Notes under the pieces: generated by a model
What the model was told of the DNA's origin: nothing
Database searches by the model: none
What the model saw: the letters and a program-made list of their open reading frames with translations, nothing else
Assembly (NCBI GenBank): GCA_964496415.1
Contig: CAZBZN010000001.1
Span: 9,819 to 73,818 of the forward strand
Origin: Candidatus Micrarchaeota archaeon
GTDB taxonomy: Archaea > B1Sed10-29 > JAJRYS01
Direction: 5' to 3'
Length of the DNA: 64,000 bases
In this document: positions 36,988 to 45,807 of the stretch, in pieces
Layout: the number at the start of each line of letters is the position of its first letter
Position numbering within the stretch: the first letter of the stretch is position 1
Program-made: the position numbers and the translations under genes

Positions 36988-37506
36988 TCACCCTTTCTTT
37001 ATTATGAATATCCCGTCTTGGAATACTCTTATGTCTCTTCCTCTTACTCTTGTGGCTTGTTCAATGTTTGCTGCTGTCTGACCGACTATTTCTTTATTTA
37101 TTCCTTTTACTTCAATTATTTCTCCTTTTATTTGAACTTCTGCTCCTGGAAGGATTTTAGCATATCTTGGTTTTTTCTCTCCGTAAAAGTTTTTTATTAC
37201 TACTTGGTTTCCTTCTACTGATAAGTTTATTGGAAAGTGCTTGTAAACTGCTTTTAATTTGTAAGTGTATCCTTCAGTTACTCCTTTTATCATATTTCTG
37301 ATGTGTGCTGCTATTGTTCCAAGGATTGCTTTTTCTTTCCTTCTTGCATTTTCTTTTGAAAGGATTATTTTACCATCTTCTTTTTTTACTTCATACTCTA
37401 AATCAAAGCTTCTTTTTAACTCTCCTAATTTTCCTTTTACCACTACTTCTTTTCCTTTGAATTCTACAGTTACTTCTGGTGGCACTATTATCTCAAACTC
37501 TGCCAT
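36988..37506 (-). CDS. rpl6: 50S ribosomal protein L6 (uL6)
   Basis: Two uL6 repeats. IIVPPEVTVEFKGKEVVVKGKLGEL. Confidence 0.9.
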   Translation of the reverse strand: MAEFEIIVPPEVTVEFKGKEVVVKGKLGELKRSFDLEYEVKKEDGKIILSKENARRKEKAILGTIAAHIRNMIKGVTEGYTYKLKAVYKHFPINLSVEGNQVVIKNFYGEKKPRYAKILPGAEVQIKGEIIEVKGINKEIVGQTAANIEQATRVRGRDIRVFQDGIFIIKKG

Positions 37507-37517
37507 TCAAATCACTC

Positions 37518-37901
37518 TTAATAAACATAAGCTAATAGCTTTCCACCTATCTTGTTTTCTTTTGCTTCTTTGTGGCTCATTACTCCTTTTGAGGTTGAGA
37601 CTATCAGGATTCCAAGGTGTCTTGATGGTAAGTATCTTTTCTCCCATTCCATGAACTCGTCTTTTCCAACAGAGTATCTTGGTTTTATTGCTTTACAGTC
37701 ATTTATTTTCCCTATTAATTGAACTTTGTATTTTCCACCTCTGCCATCATCAATGAATTCAAATCCTCCAATGTAATTGTATTTTTGCATTACCTTTAGA
37801 ACGTTACCAATGAGTTTTGAAGCTGGCTTTATGAAGCATTCTTTTTTACCAACTGCCTCGTTATTTTTCAAGTTTATCAAAGCATCTGCTAAAGTATCCA
37901 T
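37518..37901 (-). CDS. rps8: 30S ribosomal protein S8 (uS8)
   Basis: [15 protein letters not shown]... The longer ORF (to 37976) is an out-of-frame N-terminal extension across S14. Confidence 0.9.
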   Translation of the reverse strand: MDTLADALINLKNNEAVGKKECFIKPASKLIGNVLKVMQKYNYIGGFEFIDDGRGGKYKVQLIGKINDCKAIKPRYSVGKDEFMEWEKRYLPSRHLGILIVSTSKGVMSHKEAKENKIGGKLLAYVY

Positions 37902-37905
37902 TTTC

Positions 37906-38076
37906 TCACCCGTACTTTTTGAATCCAAGGGATGCTGCTTTTTCTCTGAAGCATTCTCTGCAGATGAGCAGCCCATATTTTCTTATGAGAGCATCATTTC
38001 TACCGCAGAAAATACAGGCTCTTCCAGGCTCTCCTCTTCTTGGGTACTTGTATTTTTGCTCTGGTTTTACTTTCAT
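37906..38076 (-). CDS. rps14: 30S ribosomal protein S14 (uS14, Zn type)
   Basis: Not in the ORF track (56 aa). Translation [60 protein letters not shown] overlap with L5. Confidence 0.85.
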   Translation of the reverse strand: MKVKPEQKYKYPRRGEPGRACIFCGRNDALIRKYGLLICRECFREKAASLGFKKYG

Positions 38077-38570
38077 TCTACTTCAACTCCGAATTCTTTT
38101 TTTATGAATTCAATTGCTTCTTCTTTTTTTACAGAATGCCTTTTTGGGTATTTGCTTTTCTTTATTTTTCTTCTTTTTACACGGTATCCTTGTTTTCCTA
38201 TAGTAACGCAAACATCAAATCCAAACATTCCTATTTCAGGATCGTATTTTTCTCCAGGTAGTTCAATGTATTCTTTTATTCCAAATGAGAAATTACCATT
38301 AGCATCAAAGTTTGATTCTTTGATTTTGTTGTCAACTGCTTCCAAGCATTTTTTCAGGAATTCTTTTGCTTTTTTTCCTCTTAGGGTTACTTTTGCTCCT
38401 ATTGGAAGTCCTTTTCTTATCCCCCAGTTTGGTATTCTTTTTTTGCTTACTGTTTCAATAGGCTTTTGCCCAGTGAGTTTTTCAAGTAGTTTTTTTGCTT
38501 TTTCAAGTCTTTCTCCAGCAGCTCCTGCGCCAATGTTTATTGTGACTTTTTCAACTTTTATCATTAGCAT
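38073..38570 (-). CDS. rpl5: 50S ribosomal protein L5 (uL5)
   Basis: KVEKVTINIGAGAAGERLEKA. Confidence 0.9.
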   Translation of the reverse strand: MLMIKVEKVTINIGAGAAGERLEKAKKLLEKLTGQKPIETVSKKRIPNWGIRKGLPIGAKVTLRGKKAKEFLKKCLEAVDNKIKESNFDANGNFSFGIKEYIELPGEKYDPEIGMFGFDVCVTIGKQGYRVKRRKIKKSKYPKRHSVKKEEAIEFIKKEFGVEVE

Positions 38571-38573
38571 CCC

Positions 38574-39290
38574 TCAAATTTTTACAGCAGGTTCTTCTTT
38601 TCCAATCACGAACACGTAATCTTTTATTGTGTTGAAGGTTTCTTTTTCTGATTGAAGCACTACTTCTGGTTTTCTTGTCATAGTACCTTCTTTTATTCCT
38701 ATTATTTTCCCGATTTTTCCAGCGTGTTTTCCGTTAATGACATATCCGAGGTTTCCTGGTTTTAACTCAAATCTTTCAACTATCTTTTGTTCTGGGACAG
38801 TTATCTTGAATACTTCCCCTACTTTGTATTCTTGGTCTTTGTCAAAAGTAAGGTTTCTTCCATCATGAGTGGTCAGCAGGATTTTTCCTCCTTTTATTTT
38901 TCTTTTTTTATTCACTCTTACTAGTTTGAAGTTTGCTTCAGTTTCTATTTCTTCTACAATTATTCTTCCTTTTTTGTCAAGCATTACTCTGTAGTTTTTA
39001 CCAAGTTCTGGGATTTGGATTAAATCCATGAATCCTACAGGGAATTTGTGATCAGTTACTTTTCTTCCGTCAACAAGGACTTTTCCTTGTTTTATTATCT
39101 TTTTTGCTTCTTTTGCTGTGTCAGCTAGTTTTAGATAATCTCTTATTATGACTAGTAATGCTACTGCTTCTTTTGGAGAGTGAGGTCCTGTTCTTGGTTT
39201 TGTGAGCCAAGTGCTTATTTTTTTAAGTACCTTTACTTTTCTTCCTGATGCGATTCTTTTAAGTTGTTTTGTTTCTCCTTTTTTACCCAT
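38574..39290 (-). CDS. rps4e: 30S ribosomal protein S4e
   Basis: GPHSPKEAVALLVIIRDYLKLA. KOW plus S4 domains. Confidence 0.9.
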   Translation of the reverse strand: MGKKGETKQLKRIASGRKVKVLKKISTWLTKPRTGPHSPKEAVALLVIIRDYLKLADTAKEAKKIIKQGKVLVDGRKVTDHKFPVGFMDLIQIPELGKNYRVMLDKKGRIIVEEIETEANFKLVRVNKKRKIKGGKILLTTHDGRNLTFDKDQEYKVGEVFKITVPEQKIVERFELKPGNLGYVINGKHAGKIGKIIGIKEGTMTRKPEVVLQSEKETFNTIKDYVFVIGKEEPAVKI

Positions 39291-39295
39291 TTACA

Positions 39296-39658
39296 TCACT
39301 TTCTCATCAAGGCTTTTTTCCTTTTTTCATCACTTAAGTTAAGGCTTGTGATCATAAGGTTTGACGGTTGTAATGGTACTAATTTTTCCTCTCCCTTCTG
39401 ATTTTTCACAGTGATTCCTTTTACGTAGACTAATGCTTTGGTGTGGCTTACTTTTGCTACTTCTCCTTCTTTTCCCTTAAAGTCTCCTCTCATGATTTTT
39501 ACTTTATCCCCCTTTCTTATGGGGAAGTTTCTTTTCCCATATTCTTTTTGCAGTTCTTTACTTAGTCTTGCACTTAGGAGTTTCCTCTTTTTATGAAGAG
39601 GAAGATTGTACAGTTTTTTTCTTTGTTTTCTTGGTTGTTTTGATACCATTTGCCTCAC
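39296..39658 (-). CDS. rpl24: 50S ribosomal protein L24 (uL24)
   Basis: KOW motif RKGDKVKIMRGDFKGKEGEV. Confidence 0.9.
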   Translation of the reverse strand: MRQMVSKQPRKQRKKLYNLPLHKKRKLLSARLSKELQKEYGKRNFPIRKGDKVKIMRGDFKGKEGEVAKVSHTKALVYVKGITVKNQKGEEKLVPLQPSNLMITSLNLSDEKRKKALMRK

Positions 39659-40053
39659 ACTATGTTTTTTGAAATTGTAGAGATTTTAGGGAATCTTTCA
39701 GCAACTTCTTTTGCTACTACTCCTTTAATTTCAGATGCTTTTGGCTCGTTTTTGTCAGTGATGAGCACGCAAGCATTATCTTCAAATTTTATCCTTTCCC
39801 CACTTGCTCTTCTATATTCTTTTTTTTGCCTTATTAGAACAGCTCTTACTACTTTTTTTCTTAGGTCTTTTTTCCCTTCTATTACTGAACCTATGAGGAT
39901 ATCTCCAACACTTATTGTTGGGAGTCTTCTTCTTCTCCCTTTATAGCCTTCTTTTGCTATTACTCTTATTTTTTTAGCTCCTGAATTATCATCTACTTTT
40001 ACAACAGAGCCTATTGTTACTCCTCCACTCATTTTTGAGCTTACTGCTTTCAT
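39655..40053 (-). CDS. rpl14: 50S ribosomal protein L14 (uL14)
   Basis: [18 protein letters not shown]. Confidence 0.9.
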   Translation of the reverse strand: MKAVSSKMSGGVTIGSVVKVDDNSGAKKIRVIAKEGYKGRRRRLPTISVGDILIGSVIEGKKDLRKKVVRAVLIRQKKEYRRASGERIKFEDNACVLITDKNEPKASEIKGVVAKEVAERFPKISTISKNIV

Positions 40054-40343
40054 TTTTTCTGCACCTTTTCGATTACTACGAAGCTTTTAGTCTTGCTTAT
40101 TTTTTTACATTCTCCTATTTTTACCTTGTCTCCAACGTTTATTTCCATGCATTCAGGTTTGTGAGCATTAATTCTTGATTTTCTTCTTTCATATCTTTCA
40201 TACTTTGGAACAAAGTGTAAGTATTCTCTTTCAACTACTACTGTGTTTTTTGGTTTGTTACTTACCACTACTCCTTCAAGTATTATTCCCCTTACTTTTA
40301 GATTTCCGTGGATTGGACAGTTTTTGTCTTTGCATTCTTGCAT
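40050..40343 (-). CDS. rps17: 30S ribosomal protein S17 (uS17)
   Basis: [16 protein letters not shown]...VVS. Confidence 0.9.
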   Translation of the reverse strand: MQECKDKNCPIHGNLKVRGIILEGVVVSNKPKNTVVVEREYLHFVPKYERYERRKSRINAHKPECMEINVGDKVKIGECKKISKTKSFVVIEKVQKK

Positions 40344-40611
40344 GGAATTTCCTCCAATATTTTTTTATTCTTTCTTCTGGTCTGAAGAGGATTTCTTCCC
40401 CTTTTATTGTGACTCCTTCAATCATGAACGTGTTGTGTTTTTTGTTTATTTTTTTTATTTCACCGTTTTCCTCTTCTATTATTAACAGTTTCATTGTTTC
40501 GTCGATGATCTTTCCTTCTTTGCCTATAAGGCTTTTGTCAGGGCTTTTTATTACCCTGACTTTTTTTCCTATTAGTTCTCCCATCAAGAGCATTGGTTTT
40601 TTGTTTTTCAT
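40276..40611 (-). CDS. rnp1: RNase P protein component 1 (Rpp29/Pop4)
   Basis: [33 protein letters not shown] Sm-like barrel. The basic C-tail overlaps the S17 start by 68 nt. Confidence 0.75.
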   Translation of the reverse strand: MKNKKPMLLMGELIGKKVRVIKSPDKSLIGKEGKIIDETMKLLIIEEENGEIKKINKKHNTFMIEGVTIKGEEILFRPEERIKKYWRKFHARMQRQKLSNPRKSKSKGNNT

Positions 40612-40910
40612 ATGACGTCAATTTGATCTTCATGATAGTTCATTTTTAGCATGATTTGTTTTACTTTTTCTTTATGATCCCCTTGAAGGATTATTTTCCC
40701 GTCTTTTGCAGTTCCACCGCATGCGAGTTTCTTTTTTAATTCTTTTGCGAGACTTGAAAGTTCTTTTTGGTTGTCTATCCCTTCAATGGTGGTGTATATT
40801 TTTCCGAACTTTCTTTTTTCAGTTCTTATTTTTATCTTTTGAGTTGTTTTTGAGATTTCTTTGCACACGCAAAGTTCTTTTGGCAGCCCACATACTGGAC
40901 AGATTTCCAT
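40608..40910 (-). CDS. eif1: translation initiation factor 1 (SUI1/aIF1)
   Basis: MEICPVCGLPKELCVC Zn knuckle. ...KKKLACGGT...IILQGDH SUI1 motif. Confidence 0.85.
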   Translation of the reverse strand: MEICPVCGLPKELCVCKEISKTTQKIKIRTEKRKFGKIYTTIEGIDNQKELSSLAKELKKKLACGGTAKDGKIILQGDHKEKVKQIMLKMNYHEDQIDVI

Positions 40911-40913
40911 TTT

Positions 40914-41126
40914 TTAGCTAACACCTCTTTCTTTTTTTATTGTTAGTATCCTTGCTATTGTTTTTCTCATTTCTCTTATTTTTCCAGGGTTTTCTGGTTT
41001 TGCACCGCTTTTTACTGCTGATCTTTCTCTTGCTATTTCTCCTCTTAGTTCTTTTTCTATCTTTTCAAGTTCTTCAGTTGTTTTTTCTCTCAGTTCTTTT
41101 ATTCTGTAAATTGCCATAAGCATCAC
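40914..41126 (-). CDS. rpl29: 50S ribosomal protein L29 (uL29)
   Basis: LREKTTEELEKIEKELRGEI. Confidence 0.9.
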   Translation of the reverse strand: MMLMAIYRIKELREKTTEELEKIEKELRGEIARERSAVKSGAKPENPGKIREMRKTIARILTIKKERGVS

Positions 41127-41968
41127 TTATGCACTCTCTTATGAGCTGAGAGCCCTCTTTTGGAATTAAACTCTTTTCCACAGATCTCACATTTGAACAC
41201 TTGCTTTTTTTCAGTTTCTTCAGCTATCTCTTTTATTACTTCCTTTGCAGTTTCTTTTTCAGGTTTTTCAGGAATCACTTCTTCACTTAGCTCTTTTATT
41301 CCTGTTTCTTTTATTTCTTCAGCTGCTTTCTTTTCTTCAGGAAGCACTGTTGTTTCTTCAGCTATCTCTTCTATGCCTGGTTTTTGAATTTCGATTTTGT
41401 CAGGGAATTTAAGTTCTCTTGGAACAATTCTAACAGTTATCCCAATTACTCCTTGTTTTAGGAAAGCCTGCATTTTTGTTTCTTTTATCTGATTAACAGG
41501 ATCACCTGCTTTTTTCAAATAGCCTCTTGCTACTCTTTCTTTTCTTGATCTTGCTCCTTTACTTTGAGTACCATCAGCTATTATTTCAACACCTATGGCT
41601 CCAGCATCCATTACTCTTTTTGCAGCTTTTTTAATTGCTATTCTTGGTTTTGTTCCTCTTTCAATCATTCTTTTTACCCATCTTGCGATTACTGTTGGTT
41701 CAAGGTCTGGGTTTTGTACTTCAATAACTTCAAGTTGAGGATTTTCTATTCCAAGTTCTTTTTCAAGTCTTTCGTTAAGTTCTTTTATGTTTGACCCTTT
41801 TCTTCCAATTACTAATGCTATTCTTTCAGCTATTATTCCTATTCTTGTTGAGATAGGGGTTCTTTGAATTTCAACGTCAACTATTCCGGCTCTTTCTAAT
41901 TCTTTTTTTATGAATTCCCTTGTCTTAAGTCTTTTTACTGCTTCTTCAACGAATTTTCTTTCAATCAT
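41123..41968 (-). CDS. rps3: 30S ribosomal protein S3 (uS3) with E/K-rich linker and C-terminal C2H2 zinc finger
   Basis: KH domain GRKGSNIKEL and a uS3 C-domain in residues 1-210. Then about 55 aa of acidic repeats. The ORF ends FKCEICGKEFNSKRGLSAHKRVHK (C-x2-C-x12-H-x4-H). Confidence 0.9.
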   Translation of the reverse strand: MIERKFVEEAVKRLKTREFIKKELERAGIVDVEIQRTPISTRIGIIAERIALVIGRKGSNIKELNERLEKELGIENPQLEVIEVQNPDLEPTVIARWVKRMIERGTKPRIAIKKAAKRVMDAGAIGVEIIADGTQSKGARSRKERVARGYLKKAGDPVNQIKETKMQAFLKQGVIGITVRIVPRELKFPDKIEIQKPGIEEIAEETTVLPEEKKAAEEIKETGIKELSEEVIPEKPEKETAKEVIKEIAEETEKKQVFKCEICGKEFNSKRGLSAHKRVHK

Positions 41969-41971
41969 TTT

Positions 41972-42436
41972 TCATACCTCTTTTACTACTATTTCTACAT
42001 TGGCTAGTTCAATGTTATGCATCATTCCACTAGTGTATGAAAATCCTCCTCTTGAGCCTGTCTTTGGTTTTACTCTTTCAAGGGTTATTGTCTTGTAAGC
42101 AGTAGCATGAATTATTTTGAGTTTTTCAGTGTCAAGACCCTTTTGTTCAGCATTGTTTTTAGCATTTTCAAGTATTTTTTTAATTATTTTTGCTGCTTTT
42201 ACAGGATATCCTCCTGGAATTCCTCCTTTTCTATGTGCTATGCCTGTATTATATCTTCTGTAAGGAACGAATTCTTTTCTTTGCATTACTTTTTCAAGGT
42301 ATTCTATTGCTTTGTTTAGTTTCATGTTTTTTATAGTGTAACAAATCTCATTGCATTTTTTCCATGATACATTAAGGTCTTTTCCTAATGCTCTTGCTGT
42401 TTTTTCTAAGTCACCTTGGTATGAGTATCCTTTCAT
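41972..42436 (-). CDS. rpl22: 50S ribosomal protein L22 (uL22)
   Basis: VSWKKCNEICYTIKNMKLNKA. Confidence 0.9.
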   Translation of the reverse strand: MKGYSYQGDLEKTARALGKDLNVSWKKCNEICYTIKNMKLNKAIEYLEKVMQRKEFVPYRRYNTGIAHRKGGIPGGYPVKAAKIIKKILENAKNNAEQKGLDTEKLKIIHATAYKTITLERVKPKTGSRGGFSYTSGMMHNIELANVEIVVKEV

Positions 42437-42442
42437 TTTTCA

Positions 42443-42829
42443 TCACTTCATTGAAGCAAACTTAGTGCTCCTAGTAGCCCCTATTCCAGGGCCAGAGTGA
42501 ATCACTCTTTTTCTGGTTATTGCGAATTCTCCTAAGTAATGCCCAAGCATTTCAGGTTTTATTTCAACAACATTCCATTCTTTTCCGTTGTGGATTGCTA
42601 TTTTTTTACCAAGCATTTCTGGAATGATTATCATGTCTCTAACATGAGTTCTTACTATTTTTTTATCTCCTTTTTTCCTTAGTTTTTTAAGCAAGGTTTT
42701 TTGAGGTTCTTTAAATCCTCTTTTAATAGTTCTTCTTGCTCTTGCAGTAAGCAATTCTGCAAATTCTTCCAGACTCATTTTCTTAAGTTCTTCTACTGTT
42801 TTTCCCTTAAACTTAAACTCTTTTGCCAT
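42443..42829 (-). CDS. rps19: 30S ribosomal protein S19 (uS19)
   Basis: [11 protein letters not shown]...[12 protein letters not shown]. Confidence 0.9.
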   Translation of the reverse strand: MAKEFKFKGKTVEELKKMSLEEFAELLTARARRTIKRGFKEPQKTLLKKLRKKGDKKIVRTHVRDMIIIPEMLGKKIAIHNGKEWNVVEIKPEMLGHYLGEFAITRKRVIHSGPGIGATRSTKFASMK

Positions 42830-42835
42830 GTTTCA

Positions 42836-43552
42836 TCACGCGCGTTTTCTTCTTCCAGTTCTCCTTGCTCCGAAGGAACCAACGTGTTGTCCAGGTGATC
42901 CTCCCTTTCCTTTCTTTGTCTTTGCTCCATGATGTTCTTTTCCACCGAAAGGATGTTCATAAGCAGCCATTTTTACTCCTCTTACTGTTGGGTATCTTTG
43001 TCCTTTTGCTTTCTTTCTTTTGTAATTATTTCCTGCTTTTAACAGAGGCTTTTTTGTTCTGCCTCCCCCTGAAGCATTACCAATAGTTGCAAAGCATCTT
43101 GGGTCAAATGATTTTACTTTTTTAGAAGGAAGTCTTAATACTACTTCTTTTTCACTTTTGCTCATTATTAGGCATACTGCTCCTGAAGCTCTTGCAAGGT
43201 TTCCTCCTTTTCCTGGTTTTACTTCAACATTGAATACTGGAAATCCTTCAGGGATTTTTCCTAATGGCAGTATGTTACCTATTTCTGGTTTTGCTTCTTC
43301 ACCATGATGAATTATTTTTCCAACGCTTAATCCCTCAGCACTTGGAACATAAGCTTCTTTTCCATCTTCGTATAATAGTTTTGCAAGAACAACAGTTCTT
43401 GCAGGGTCATCTATTAAGTCAACTACTTGTGCTTTCATTGTTTTTCCTTGTGGGATTGACCTATAAACAGCATCTGCTTTGAACCTCGTATGATTAGCTT
43501 GAAATGTTGGGCTTCCTTTTCCTCTTCTTTGAGTTATTAATGGTTTTCCCAT
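42836..43552 (-). CDS. rpl2: 50S ribosomal protein L2 (uL2)
   Basis: GGGRTKKPLLKAGNNYKR...HPFGGKEHHG. Confidence 0.9.
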   Translation of the reverse strand: MGKPLITQRRGKGSPTFQANHTRFKADAVYRSIPQGKTMKAQVVDLIDDPARTVVLAKLLYEDGKEAYVPSAEGLSVGKIIHHGEEAKPEIGNILPLGKIPEGFPVFNVEVKPGKGGNLARASGAVCLIMSKSEKEVVLRLPSKKVKSFDPRCFATIGNASGGGRTKKPLLKAGNNYKRKKAKGQRYPTVRGVKMAAYEHPFGGKEHHGAKTKKGKGGSPGQHVGSFGARRTGRRKRA

Positions 43553-43558
43553 TTTTCA

Positions 43559-43807
43559 TCACATTAGTTTAAGTTTTGTAGCTAAGTCCAAAGCACTTGA
43601 TTCTTTACTTAGTTTTACAAGTGCTTTTTTAGGTCCTTTTATTGTTCTTATAGTGTTCACTTTTTCTACTTTTACTCCGTAAAGTTCTTCTATTGCTTTT
43701 TTTATCTGTGCTTTAGTAGCTTCTTTTTCAACTACAAAGATGATTTTATTTTCTTTTTCAATCATTCCTACTGCTTTTTCAGACACGACTGGGTAAAGGA
43801 TAACCAT
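43559..43807 (-). CDS. rpl23: 50S ribosomal protein L23 (uL23)
   Basis: 82 aa. ILYPVVSEKAVGMIEKENKIIFVV. Confidence 0.9.
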   Translation of the reverse strand: MVILYPVVSEKAVGMIEKENKIIFVVEKEATKAQIKKAIEELYGVKVEKVNTIRTIKGPKKALVKLSKESSALDLATKLKLM

Positions 43808-43813
43808 TATTTT

Positions 43814-44614
43814 TCACCTGAACTTTTGTCCTATTTCTTTTAAAGCACTCTCAGTGAATACAGTTAATCTTCCAGGGTCTCCTCCAGGGGCAAGGTGGTC
43901 AATGTTTAATTCTTTTACAGTGCATACTTCAACTCCAGGGATGTTACTTCCTGCTTTTTTGATTCCTTTGTCTTCTTTTATTACTATTAAAGGACCTTTT
44001 TTCTTCTTGTATTTTCTTCCTCTCATTTTTCCTTTTCCTGCTTTTATTTTCTTCTTTTCACATCTTTTTAGTTCTTCTTTTAATCCTAAGTTTTCAAGAA
44101 GTTTTCTTACTTCTTTTGTTTTTTTGAGTTCTTCTGCTTTGTCTTCTAAAACTATTGGAAGAGTGTTTAGTTTTGTTACTTTATGCCCTCTTTTTTCAGC
44201 TAGTTCTTTTTTTGCAGTTGCTGCTATAGCTGATTTCATTGCCTTGGCTTTTTCTTTCTTGTTAATTTTTTCAATTATTTTCTTTTCTGTTTTTGGAGGA
44301 TGAGCTCTTCTACCTCCTTTTGCTTGCGGGACTCTTTTTACGTCTCCCCATCTTCCTTCAGGGAGTTTTTCTCTTGGAAGCCTTGCTCTTCCAATGTTAA
44401 TACTTGTTCTATAAACTTTATGCCTTCTTCCAACGTATTCTGCTGAAGTCATTAATCCAGCAAGTTTAAAAGCTCCTTTTATCTGGTATAATTTTGACCT
44501 GAAAGCATGAAAAGCTCTTCTTATGATATCCTTTCTTAATTCTTCGTTGAATACTTCTGGAAGTTGTATTTCTTTTATTGGTTTTCCTTCAAGGTCAAAT
44601 ACTTGTGTTTTCAT
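43814..44614 (-). CDS. rpl4: 50S ribosomal protein L4 (uL4)
   Basis: RRHKVYRTSINIGRARLPRE. Confidence 0.9.
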   Translation of the reverse strand: MKTQVFDLEGKPIKEIQLPEVFNEELRKDIIRRAFHAFRSKLYQIKGAFKLAGLMTSAEYVGRRHKVYRTSINIGRARLPREKLPEGRWGDVKRVPQAKGGRRAHPPKTEKKIIEKINKKEKAKAMKSAIAATAKKELAEKRGHKVTKLNTLPIVLEDKAEELKKTKEVRKLLENLGLKEELKRCEKKKIKAGKGKMRGRKYKKKKGPLIVIKEDKGIKKAGSNIPGVEVCTVKELNIDHLAPGGDPGRLTVFTESALKEIGQKFR

Positions 44615-44620
44615 TTTTCA

Positions 44621-45607
44621 TCATCCTTGTTGTGATTTTGTTATTATTTGTTCAATACTTGGTAATGGAAGATCTTTGTTTTTCCTTAGAGCTTCTCTTA
44701 TTACTATTGTTCTCTTCTTAGGTCCTGGAACTGATCCTTTTATTAAGATGTAGTCTGCTTTTACTTCACCGTAATTTACAAATCCTCCTTTTGGAGTGAC
44801 TTCTTTTCCATCTGTTCCTATTTTAAGAATTCTTTTGTTAAGCTCTGTTCTTCTTTGGAATCCCATTTGACCAGTCATTGGAACAGTGTAAAGGACTCTG
44901 GCAGGATGCCAGGCGCCTATTGCTCCAGGCATTCTTCTATGTCCTTTTGCTTTCCTTGTTTGGATTTTTATTCCAAATCTTTTTACAGGCCCCTGGGTTC
45001 CTTTTCCTTTAGTTACTCCTATAACGTCGACCCATGCTCCTTCTGTGAATATGTCACTTATTTTTACTTCTTTTCCTAAAAGTTCAAGGCCTTTTTTCCA
45101 TGCTTCTTCAACACTTCCTCCTATCTTAAGTTCCATTATTTCAGGAGTCTTCTTAAGTCCTATCTTATCAGGCTGAGTGTGAATTATTGCTCTTACTTCT
45201 TTTACTTTTGAAAGCATGCCTTCAATTTCTTTTATTCTTTTTTTATGATCGTAATTTTTTGGTAAGATTATTTTTCTTCCAACATTTTTGCTTAGTTTTT
45301 CAGCCCATACTTCTGTAAGTGTTTTTAGCCCTTCAGGTGTTTTTTCATAGACTCTTATTCCAAGTACTACAATTGGCGGGCATTCAAGAACAGTGACTGG
45401 AATCGCTATTTTTTTTCCAAAAGCTGGAGACTTCTCGTAAGTCTCAGTGGCTATTATTTGGGTCATTCCAGCTTTGTATGCTGGAAACCCAAGAATTTTA
45501 GGTTCAGCTGTTTCTTTGAAGCTTTTAACATCTGGGTAAATCCTCTTTGCTCTTTTACGAGGATAGAATGCAAGTGATCCTCTTCTTGGTCCGCTTCTTT
45601 TTCCCAT
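44621..45607 (-). CDS. rpl3: 50S ribosomal protein L3 (uL3)
   Basis: GSLAFYPRKRA...GKGTQGPVKRFG. First gene of the L3 operon. Confidence 0.9.
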   Translation of the reverse strand: MGKRSGPRRGSLAFYPRKRAKRIYPDVKSFKETAEPKILGFPAYKAGMTQIIATETYEKSPAFGKKIAIPVTVLECPPIVVLGIRVYEKTPEGLKTLTEVWAEKLSKNVGRKIILPKNYDHKKRIKEIEGMLSKVKEVRAIIHTQPDKIGLKKTPEIMELKIGGSVEEAWKKGLELLGKEVKISDIFTEGAWVDVIGVTKGKGTQGPVKRFGIKIQTRKAKGHRRMPGAIGAWHPARVLYTVPMTGQMGFQRRTELNKRILKIGTDGKEVTPKGGFVNYGEVKADYILIKGSVPGPKKRTIVIREALRKNKDLPLPSIEQIITKSQQG

Positions 45608-45807
45608 TGTGATTCACGTCTTAAAGTTAATTTTAGGTGATTATGAAAGGCAAAAACCCGCCTTCAGGCCATAAAAACCAAAGGCCTTCAAGTGCCGCCG
45701 GACATATTTTCAAATAAAAAGCAAGTATAATTCTTATCAAAACAATATATAAATGTTGTGGTAAGGTTTTTGGTTAAAGTTTAAATACTCTTATTGTTTT
45801 TTAGTTT

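Noticed and set aside
37902-37976. N-terminal 25 residues of the 152-aa S8 ORF
   Set aside because: It is out-of-frame read-through across the S14 gene. S8 homology begins at [15 protein letters not shown].
37777-38619. 280-aa plus-strand ORF, the longest unexplained ORF in the track
   Set aside because: It is antisense to the L5/S14/S8 coding region, with low-complexity F/S/L-rich composition. That is a classic shadow ORF of AT-rich minus-strand genes.
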